Part shown: one piece after another, positions 53,917 to 61,462 of the stretch | How positions within the stretch are numbered: the stretch's first letter is position 1 | Layout of the letters: each line of letters opens with the position of its first letter | Virus record (IMG/VR): IMGVR_UViG_3300017774_002380 | Location: 1 to 61,462 of that record | Direction: 5' to 3' (one strand) | Origin: a virus | Taxonomy: Duplodnaviria; Caudoviricetes | Length of the DNA: 61,462 nucleotides | Position numbers and translations under genes: made by a program | The notes under the pieces: model-generated | Told to the model about the DNA's origin: nothing | What the model saw: only the letters and a program-made list of their open reading frames with translations | Database searches by the model: none

Positions 53917-54162
53917 TTATGCTCTACCAACAAAAACCTCATTTTGGTTAGTATATCCAGCGAATTTTGCAGCCTGCTCCTGAATAACTTTAATCCTATC
54001 TGTAAAGCTGCCGCAAACAGCGCACGGAAGGCAGTCAGGATCTTTGTATGCCGTGAAAGGGATTGATGAATACAGCGGAACTACGCTTGTATCCGAAAAC
54101 GGACTGATGAACTTATTCGGAAAGTTCGTCACTGGAATAGCAGCCTGTGAAATATTGGGCAT
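53917..54162 (-). CDS. Small Cys-containing hypothetical protein (81 aa)
   Basis: Starts MPNISQ with TAATATG coupling. CLPCAVC. Confidence 0.7.
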   Translation of the reverse strand: MPNISQAAIPVTNFPNKFISPFSDTSVVPLYSSIPFTAYKDPDCLPCAVCGSFTDRIKVIQEQAAKFAGYTNQNEVFVGRA

Positions 54163-54163
54163 A

Positions 54164-56290
54164 TTAGCAGGGATTAGAGATTTTATACTGCACAGCCGCC
54201 GTATTCGCGGCCTGAAGCGCCAAAACGCCAGCCTGTTCCTCGGCATGGGCAAAAGAAATGAAGGAAAGATATGATGCAGAGGCTGTTGCCGATATTGATG
54301 GATAGCCAACGCATGGCAGCGTGACCGTTTTGAAGACCTTGGCGAAAAATGTCTTGTTTTCACCAAGAGGACTGTCCTGCGGACTCGGAAGTATATCGAT
54401 CTTTATTGAATCTCCGCTCTCCCCAACAACGCAAGTCAAGGTTTCGCTTGTGTTGGGATTGCCAACAGATTTCTCGCTCCAAGGATCTTGAAATACCCTG
54501 ACAACTTCTACTCCTAGCTCTCCACACCATTCGATTAGCATAGAAAAGGCTTTGTCTATGTCTGCGGTCAGGGGGCTTTCGCACGTTTCATAACGCGCAC
54601 TTCGCGTAGCGCTTTCCGTAATCAAGCGCCTATATTGGGTATTTAGAAAGCCCAATTTATTGATTTCTTCTTCAAAAGGTGTGTTCCTGTATTGATGAGG
54701 CTCGGTAATTGCCAAAATTCTGCGATCTAGAACATTCGTATACGATCCCTTACTACCCCTGAAGCTGGCTCGCACATCAACAGTTCCACCGATCTCCTTG
54801 CACTCAATCTCGGCATACACAAATTGCTTTAGATCCATGCCATCACCAAGCTGAGCGGTTTCAATTTGGCAATAAATGCGGTTATAGAACTCTGTTGTGC
54901 TGCCGTCTTGGTTGATCCGCAAATATGAGTCCGTACGCTCTGGCATGAAAGACTCCCAAAGATGGTTGTAAGACCCATCGTTTGTGGCTGTGTAATCCAA
55001 AGAGAAATGGAAGCATCTTGGCTGACCATCAACCACTCCACCCGTCCACTCAACGGGCCTTGTGCCTTCCCAAACGCCGCACCAAGCGGGGTTTCTGGCC
55101 TGACCCCATTCAGATGCTGCCGCATAGTCAAGCACCATTGTAGCCGAATTTACGGGTTCTAGGTAAGGAACAGAGTAAAGAAGGTAATTCTCAAAAGAGG
55201 CAGCGCAAATTTGCTTCTGATCTCCAGCCAGATAGCGCTTTGTACGCGCCATCTCGACATCTTTGTACAAAACTTGAGATGACAAATATGAAGCGGCAGC
55301 AACGTCAGCAGCAACCAATCCGCCCTGAGAATACCACCACATTTGTCCAGCCTGAAACGCTATGCTTTTGCCAGCAACGCATCCGACAGTCGGATACAGG
55401 GTATTTTGGAAGTTTGGCGTAGATGCCCATGCCGATCTGTCCAAAATTCCTGACGCCAGCGAGAATGTTGACCTGTCAGTAAAAACAATCAGTCGCGTGT
55501 CGGTGTTTTGACCGACATAGGATACAAGTCCAGTTACGGGCCTTGAAAAACTGAAATCCCCTCTTCCTGATCCTGAAGTTCTTTCAAGCCAGCTTGTGGG
55601 ATCTCCCAAATCTGATGCCAGAACGAGGTTGTTGTCTGCAATCCAAAGTCTATTTCCAGAAAATGCCATCCATGTTCCAACAGGAATCTTGTCGCTTTGG
55701 ACGCCTGTGCGGTTTGATCCGTCCCAATAGGCTGGAGAAGAAATTCCATCCTGAATCATCACAATACGATGCGATGGGGTAACTGTTGTATCTCCTCCAG
55801 TGGATGTAGTGGCTGATCTGGTTGCCAGCGTGAAGACACATTGTGATACATTTTCATCTAGCTTGATGCCACGCAGTCGATAATCGTCCCAATTCTTGGG
55901 CTGCACTAACGGGAACGGAGCAAAATAGACGTTTCCGCTGACAGCAAATAAGATGTATGGAATTTCATCTTTTGCCACTCCTTTGCCATCAACGTCAAAA
56001 ATTTGTCTAGGAATGGTAATTGTCTGCCCATTGACAGTCCTTTTCTCGGCAGCTTGAGATTGTTTGTTAGCCGCGAAAAAAACGCCTCCCTGTATGTTCC
56101 CGGGGGGCAAGGACAGACGCATAGCGTAGCCCGGGCGCGTTTGGGCAATGCCGCCCCTGACGGTAACATTAACGCCCCACTTTAGTTGGTTTTCGGGAAG
56201 CGCCCAACCGTTCCTGACGCTATTGACTCCCTGCGTCCAACCAGCAGTGCTTTTTACAAGCCTTCCAGCGTTGATTTGATCGGACTTCAT
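54164..56290 (-). CDS. Tail nozzle / tail tubular protein B-like (beta-propeller)
   Basis: 708 aa, beta-rich (NRLWIA, ASDLGDP, VGCVAGKSI), in the podoviral position after the adaptor. Confidence 0.72.
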   Translation of the reverse strand: MKSDQINAGRLVKSTAGWTQGVNSVRNGWALPENQLKWGVNVTVRGGIAQTRPGYAMRLSLPPGNIQGGVFFAANKQSQAAEKRTVNGQTITIPRQIFDVDGKGVAKDEIPYILFAVSGNVYFAPFPLVQPKNWDDYRLRGIKLDENVSQCVFTLATRSATTSTGGDTTVTPSHRIVMIQDGISSPAYWDGSNRTGVQSDKIPVGTWMAFSGNRLWIADNNLVLASDLGDPTSWLERTSGSGRGDFSFSRPVTGLVSYVGQNTDTRLIVFTDRSTFSLASGILDRSAWASTPNFQNTLYPTVGCVAGKSIAFQAGQMWWYSQGGLVAADVAAASYLSSQVLYKDVEMARTKRYLAGDQKQICAASFENYLLYSVPYLEPVNSATMVLDYAAASEWGQARNPAWCGVWEGTRPVEWTGGVVDGQPRCFHFSLDYTATNDGSYNHLWESFMPERTDSYLRINQDGSTTEFYNRIYCQIETAQLGDGMDLKQFVYAEIECKEIGGTVDVRASFRGSKGSYTNVLDRRILAITEPHQYRNTPFEEEINKLGFLNTQYRRLITESATRSARYETCESPLTADIDKAFSMLIEWCGELGVEVVRVFQDPWSEKSVGNPNTSETLTCVVGESGDSIKIDILPSPQDSPLGENKTFFAKVFKTVTLPCVGYPSISATASASYLSFISFAHAEEQAGVLALQAANTAAVQYKISNPC

Positions 56291-59200
56291 TGCATAACCA
56301 CATCTGTGCCATCCCCGTAAGTAATATTATTGATCTGAGGGGTAGCCATTGCGTGTCCTTCAAGGCTTTCTTGCTGATTCTTCAAGTACGCTATGGCGAT
56401 TGTCCAATAGCGTTGCGCCTGATCGGCAAAATCTTTGTCTTCCAAGTCAACCGCATGAAGCGCTGCAAGAATTGCCCGTTCATTCTCCAAAGGAATGAAG
56501 TCAAACATAGACTCAACCGTTGGATGCTTAATGCGATACACAATCCTCGCCCAAGAACATGGCTGACCAAGTCGGATTCTTCTGTATTGGGGATTAATAT
56601 CCGCAGGATGGTATTGCCCGATCAGGGTCATGTCATTACTGCGCCCATAATCGTAGGCGTACAAAGACACAAATCCGTCCGTCTTTGGTTTTTCAATCTG
56701 TTGGATTGATTTCACCAAAGTCGGAGGCTCAATTGAGTCTATAATAAAAGTGCTGTCGGCGCTGTCTCCTGCTGTCAGATAGGAAACGCGCCCAACAGTT
56801 GAAGCTAGGTTTCTTGCCTGAGCTTCGGTGCTATACAGTTCAAACTCATCAGAATCCAACTTCCTGACGTAGTTGTTCGCCCCCGCAACCAGAGGATTAG
56901 GAAGAGAATCCCCGTCTCTAGGACGCGCCGTAACGGCTTGTCCTGTCGAGTAAAGCGATGCCGTCTCTATAATGCTTGTAGATGGAACCGCTGTTACCGT
57001 CCTGTCCAAGTCAAGGCTGAGTTGCCCTGTACCCGGCGTAGTGAGCGTTACCAAAACATTGTTGGAATATGCTTTGATATCGTCACCGAAAATTTTGATT
57101 GTGTAATTAGTTCCTGCAACAAGCGGGGCAGGCAGCGTTCCAGAAGAAGAAAACCGCACAACTTCATTGTCCTGCAAAAATTGAATGCTATCAGGATTGA
57201 TGCGATTTTCATAAGGCAGCGGAGATGCCGAAACTCGCAAAGCATAGTATGCCTGTCCCGTCCCGAAAGCCGTTACAGTAATTAATCCCGTAGTTCCTCC
57301 AGAGTTTGCGTTTCCAAAAGTATTATAAATGCGAGCCGTCAGATTTCCCGCATCAACATTAAGGAAAAACTGAGTCGCACCTTTATCAATTGCAGGACTT
57401 GTGCTCGGAAGATTGTAATCAGAAGCAAAATAAACTGCCTGTCCAGTGCTCAATCCATCAAAGTCTCCAACCCATCGATTGGTGAATCCAACAGCAAATG
57501 ATCTGGAAATCAGTACAAAAAACTGCCCTGTTCCAACGCTAGTAATATTGACAGGACTGTAATCGACATTGGTGATTGTGAAGCTAGACGATGAAAACGG
57601 TTGCTCGGCGCGATACGATGCGCCCTGCGTAATAGGACTTGGAAATGTTCCAGTAGTGGTGAACGAAACAAATACGCCCGTTGAAGGGGTGAACGTAATT
57701 GTTGGGTTTCCCGTGTATCCAGTTCCTTTGGTTACTACGTTGACCCTGACAAGCAGTCCTCCAGATACAGTGGCAGTAGCCGTAGCTCCAGTTCCGCCTC
57801 CGCCACTAATCGTTACTGCAGGAGCCTGCGTATAACCAGATCCTCCGTTTGTGACTTCAATGTATTCAAGGAATGACGTTGTAATTGTACACGTTCCCGC
57901 AGCATTTGTTCCTCCGCCTCCAGTAAATGAAAGCCTCGGAGGGATCACATACCCTTCGCCGGGGCTGTTGATGATCAGGCCATTTACTACGTTAGACGTA
58001 TTATTGATAGTAGCAGTTATGATGGCTCCAGAACCAACAGCCTGTAGGGTAATTCCTGTAATTCCACCGTTAATATCTAACCCATTGATTGTGGCCCTTG
58101 CACCCTTTCCAGCTTTGGCGATGCTTAAATCGGTAATCGTTACAGTAGCATTTGGCTGATATCCAGTGCCAGCACCGACAACGGCAATTGATGCAACGCG
58201 ACCACCTGTAACGGTAATATTAAATGTAGCTTGTGTTGTAAATGTACTATCGATCTCAATGCCAACCTGATTTTGCACGTATCCTGCACCGCCAGTATCA
58301 TCAACAGTAACTGTTGGAACGGTAGTATAGCCGCTTCCTCCTGCAGTTACTTGAACTCCAGTAATAATACCAGAAGGAACGCCTTTGGCTTGAGCGCCAG
58401 ATCCTGAAGGGTTCGGAAGATTCAAGCCTTCAGCGAGAATGTTGCTTTGCGTCCCAATGGCAACGGTTGCAGGAATCAACTTAACCAAAGAGTTTGTGCC
58501 ACTTCCAGAAGTTAACAAACTGATTGGATTAGTGTCGTTTACGGCATCAGAGGATGTCGGATGGATTGTGACCGTTGTGGAGTTTACTGCTCGCACATAA
58601 TAGTTTGTTCCAGCGACCAACGGCTGAGGCAAAATTCCACCGTTGGTAGTGGCCTGAACTTGATCTCCTGTGGAAAATCCGTGCGGGACGGCGAACGTCA
58701 TCTTCGTTTGCGGCGAAATCGGCTTTTGAAGATCTACGTTGATAGCCGTAGTCGCTCCCGTGGTGTAAACGGGATTGGTGTTATTCGTAGCATCTACAAT
58801 TGATTCAAAAATCTGCAGATGTGTCGGACTGATCAAATTGGCAAAATAAGTAGCCTTAGAAATTAAGGGAGACGGCAAGATGTTGCCGGGAAAATTGATC
58901 GGATTAGCAGTGTCCAGAGCAATTGCGGGAGTGCTCGACAACGAAAGAGCCGTGACCACCCTGCTTGGTTTTTTGTCCAACAGCCTTAGCGACGAAACCC
59001 CCACAATGCTCTGGAGATTGATAGGATAATTGCCAGCCTGAGCGTTCAAAGGATCAGCATAAAGCTGCAGAACCGTAGGACTGACAACCCCCACGTAATA
59101 AATTTGTCCCTCTCGGAGGGGAGACGGAACCACCCCCCCAATTGGGGTAATGACTACTGCTTGACCAGAGTCCAAGGTATGCGGCGTTGTCGTTTGGAAG

Positions 59201-59772
59201 AGTCCAAGCGGGGATATGGCCGCATCTCTTGTCCTGACGGTCACGTCAGGAGGGAGGATAGTTCCTAGGGGGAAATCCTCTGGACTGTAAATCGGTATGT
59301 ATAGACCGTCCACACCCTGCCCGTCAGGGGTTTGGCTTCTGAGCGTAGCGTTCCATTGGTTTGTCCCAAGAACCCTAAGCTGTTTCCCGGCATCATTTGA
59401 TACCTCAGCGATGGCAATAAGCTGAGACGGCTGGATAATATCCATCATCGTCGCGGTATATCCGCGATCATCCCAAGCCCAAGGAACAGAGCTATAAGCG
59501 CCACCCTTATTTACGTGATATTGAAAAAGTCTGTTTCGGAAATACAGAGGGCTACCGTCCGTATTTACAGCCAAAGGCACTTCAATGCCTCTCGGCAGCG
59601 CAACACTGCAACGATCCCATCCTGTGCAAACATCCACTTCTGCTATCGAATGCGTCCAGTGACCAGACTCCATCAGAGTCTGGATCGATTGAGTCAGTTT
59701 CCGAAAAACCTTGGACTTGTCTGTTGTCCCAAGGATTTCTGCTGCCTCGTCAAAGATTTGCGAGACAAACAT
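56287..59772 (-). CDS. Head-tail adaptor (tail tubular A-like) with a large repeat insertion
   Basis: 1161 aa. Helical termini flank ~850 aa of PxPLxxGxxYYV and GSGY repeats. Confidence 0.6.
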   Translation of the reverse strand: MFVSQIFDEAAEILGTTDKSKVFRKLTQSIQTLMESGHWTHSIAEVDVCTGWDRCSVALPRGIEVPLAVNTDGSPLYFRNRLFQYHVNKGGAYSSVPWAWDDRGYTATMMDIIQPSQLIAIAEVSNDAGKQLRVLGTNQWNATLRSQTPDGQGVDGLYIPIYSPEDFPLGTILPPDVTVRTRDAAISPLGLFQTTTPHTLDSGQAVVITPIGGVVPSPLREGQIYYVGVVSPTVLQLYADPLNAQAGNYPINLQSIVGVSSLRLLDKKPSRVVTALSLSSTPAIALDTANPINFPGNILPSPLISKATYFANLISPTHLQIFESIVDATNNTNPVYTTGATTAINVDLQKPISPQTKMTFAVPHGFSTGDQVQATTNGGILPQPLVAGTNYYVRAVNSTTVTIHPTSSDAVNDTNPISLLTSGSGTNSLVKLIPATVAIGTQSNILAEGLNLPNPSGSGAQAKGVPSGIITGVQVTAGGSGYTTVPTVTVDDTGGAGYVQNQVGIEIDSTFTTQATFNITVTGGRVASIAVVGAGTGYQPNATVTITDLSIAKAGKGARATINGLDINGGITGITLQAVGSGAIITATINNTSNVVNGLIINSPGEGYVIPPRLSFTGGGGTNAAGTCTITTSFLEYIEVTNGGSGYTQAPAVTISGGGGTGATATATVSGGLLVRVNVVTKGTGYTGNPTITFTPSTGVFVSFTTTGTFPSPITQGASYRAEQPFSSSSFTITNVDYSPVNITSVGTGQFFVLISRSFAVGFTNRWVGDFDGLSTGQAVYFASDYNLPSTSPAIDKGATQFFLNVDAGNLTARIYNTFGNANSGGTTGLITVTAFGTGQAYYALRVSASPLPYENRINPDSIQFLQDNEVVRFSSSGTLPAPLVAGTNYTIKIFGDDIKAYSNNVLVTLTTPGTGQLSLDLDRTVTAVPSTSIIETASLYSTGQAVTARPRDGDSLPNPLVAGANNYVRKLDSDEFELYSTEAQARNLASTVGRVSYLTAGDSADSTFIIDSIEPPTLVKSIQQIEKPKTDGFVSLYAYDYGRSNDMTLIGQYHPADINPQYRRIRLGQPCSWARIVYRIKHPTVESMFDFIPLENERAILAALHAVDLEDKDFADQAQRYWTIAIAYLKNQQESLEGHAMATPQINNITYGDGTDVVMQ

Positions 59773-59777
59773 GGCAA

Positions 59778-60104
59778 CTACATGGCTCCTCGTTGGCTTA
59801 GCTCGGCAGCAAAGGCTTCCAGATCAGCATCGGAGGGCGCTCCAGCGGGAGCAGAAGCCTCTCCAGCGGCCATTTCGGGGGCCATTGGCCCTGCTCCGCC
59901 AGAAGCCGCATCAACCTCTAGGGCGAGCGCGTCAAGGGCGGTAGCAAGCTGGATTACGATGTTGTGCATCTCCATGAAAGCGTTTTTAGGGATGCTCACC
60001 ATGACGGTTCCAGCATCAGCAGGAGCGGCAGGCATCGGCGCTCCTTCGGGCATGGGCGGCATGGGCGGCATGGGAGCCATATCGGGTGTGTTTGGTTTAG
60101 CCAT
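59778..60104 (-). CDS. Pro/Ala/Met-rich hypothetical protein
   Basis: 108 aa from MAKPNT, TAATATG coupling. Confidence 0.7.
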   Translation of the reverse strand: MAKPNTPDMAPMPPMPPMPEGAPMPAAPADAGTVMVSIPKNAFMEMHNIVIQLATALDALALEVDAASGGAGPMAPEMAAGEASAPAGAPSDADLEAFAAELSQRGAM

Positions 60105-60105
60105 A

Positions 60106-60522
60106 TTAATCTTTTTCCTCTTCTTCAGACTCTTCGTCCTCAGGTTCGTTTTCTGCTTCGGCAAGGCCGCTTTCAATCGCGTCCTCGTCATCCACGTCTT
60201 CTTCGGATTCTTCTGAAATGCTTTCTTCGGGCTTAATTCCGCAAATGCAAAGTTCTACGGAATAACGCTTATCCGTTCCATCCTCAGTTTTCACTGATTC
60301 AGTTTTTTCCATGACTTTCTTATAGCGAATCATGGCAGTGCCTTCAGACGGCATATCTTTCAATTCCTTCACGTTTTCAAAATACAGCGAAGGATAGTAA
60401 ACCTTGTCTTCTCCCTCTTTGTTTGAGAATGAAGACATGGCCTCGTCCATTTTCTTGGAAAGATTTTCCCCAAGGCTAACAAAGCCTTCGGGCAATGAAA
60501 TTTCTGATTTTTCGTATGGCAT
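60106..60522 (-). CDS. Acidic hypothetical protein
   Basis: 138 aa with an Asp/Glu tail. Confidence 0.75.
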   Translation of the reverse strand: MPYEKSEISLPEGFVSLGENLSKKMDEAMSSFSNKEGEDKVYYPSLYFENVKELKDMPSEGTAMIRYKKVMEKTESVKTEDGTDKRYSVELCICGIKPEESISEESEEDVDDEDAIESGLAEAENEPEDEESEEEEKD

Positions 60523-60523
60523 A

Positions 60524-60613
60524 TTAGTTTGTTATTTCTACAAATGTTGAATAAATGCTTGCATTTATGTTTGCTGGATTTGTTCCAGTAGTTTGAAAAA
60601 TCCCAAAGTCATG
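60524..60613 (-). pseudogene. Startless relic 3' gene end
   Basis: 29 open codons (HDFGIFQTTGTNPANINASIYSTFVEITN*) whose TAA forms TAATATG with the next gene. Confidence 0.55.
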
Positions 60614-60629
60614 TTAGTCAGTAAATGGG

Positions 60630-61462
60630 CTATTCAGTTGCACGAAGAAGCGCGTCAAAAATATACATAGAACGGCTCAAGGCATTCGTGTTGGTCGCAA
60701 TGATGCCAGCATAAAAAGCGGCACTGCTTGAGCCAACCACAGTTGTTGGCCCATTGGTAATTGATATATTCGTGACCAATGCGATTGGAAGCGAGTCTCT
60801 TGATTGATAAAGCGTCACGTTCCCAACAGCAGAAACAACTCCGACATTAAGTCGCCCAAGAGTCGTTGCGGCATCAATCCAAGAGGACTCAATATTGGTT
60901 GCGCCATTGTGTGCGATCAACCGTATTTGGTTCGTCCCGTTGTTGTTTCGTATTTCTGTGCCGACACCATTGGTCGTGAATGCTCCAATAAAGTTTGTTG
61001 AAAGAACGGCGCTTTTTCCAAGCATGATTCTGACAATATCGCCGTTGGTAGAAAGAGTTGTGGTCAGCCTAACCCAAAAACTATTGGTTACAGTCCACCT
61101 GATTCCCGAACCAGATGGGGGACTCCAGTTTGGAAAACGGCTCATTCGCAATGCGGCTACGCCAGACGAGTTAGTGCCCGGTATTGACATTTCGATGACG
61201 GAACCAAGCTGCGAAATGGTGGAATTGTTTGTTTCTCTTTCGGAATCTGTTACCGAAATCCAGTCGATAGACGCAAAATTTTGAACCACCCAATCTTCGT
61301 TGCCCACGATGGAGTTGATGGAGTTTGAATTTGCAGTCCAAAAATTTGTAGGACTAGTTGTAGCTCCGTTTGAATTGACAGTGACAACCAAATTTGTTGT
61401 GAAGAAATTTGTCGGCTTGTACAAAACACCGTTTGTCTCAACCATTACGGCTTTGTAATTGG
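60630..61462 (-). CDS. 3' part of the 298-aa signal-peptide Thr/Asn-rich protein (possible lectin-like beta-sandwich)
   Basis: Open frame through the junction. PTNFFTTN/PTNFWTAN repeat and a beta-rich C-domain. Confidence 0.88.
   Translation of the reverse strand, partial: NYKAVMVETNGVLYKPTNFFTTNLVVTVNSNGATTSPTNFWTANSNSINSIVGNEDWVVQNFASIDWISVTDSERETNNSTISQLGSVIEMSIPGTNSSGVAALRMSRFPNWSPPSGSGIRWTVTNSFWVRLTTTLSTNGDIVRIMLGKSAVLSTNFIGAFTTNGVGTEIRNNNGTNQIRLIAHNGATNIESSWIDAATTLGRLNVGVVSAVGNVTLYQSRDSLPIALVTNISITNGPTTVVGSSSAAFYAGIIATNTNALSRSMYIFDALLRATE
61340..61462. repeat. Terminal direct repeat (right copy)
   Basis: Identical to 1-123. Confidence 0.97.

Noticed and set aside
1-61462. Alternative genetic code
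   Set aside because: The standard code gives dense, full-length genes, and TAA, TAG and TGA all serve as stops at tight gene junctions.

Overview
The window is an apparently complete, circularly assembled ~61.3 kb podovirus-type dsDNA phage genome: bases 1-123 repeat exactly at 61340-61462, giving a unit length of 61,339 bp. Every credible gene is on the minus strand. In transcription order it holds early genes behind three related promoters (35.7-32.4 kb) and a recombination/replication block (annealing protein, PD-(D/E)XK nuclease, DUF1376-type initiator with internal iterons, DnaC-like loader, SSB, RusA-like resolvase). A putative TAGT-glycosyltransferase/GNAT modification module follows. 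Next come terS/terL, portal, scaffold and major capsid protein, interleaved with four glycosyltransferase-like genes and a methyltransferase. Then a tail fibre, lysis genes and a tailspike, and across the junction the tail adaptor/nozzle, a set of MGG-initiated ejection-type proteins, a 3740-aa polyvalent protein and an initiator-like tRNA-Met. I recognised no DNA polymerase, helicase, integrase, reverse transcriptase or CRISPR array. The most striking observations are the cassette architecture of the giant protein (nine [FY]LPx[RK] linkers, three ART-like modules, GNAT, HExxH), a possible virion-glycosylation system, palindromic early promoters, a consensus antisense promoter at a GC-skew flip, three tandem paralogous virion proteins, and a signal-peptide protein with a relic C-terminus hidden by the contig junction. 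All product calls come from motif recognition and gene order, not from database searches.
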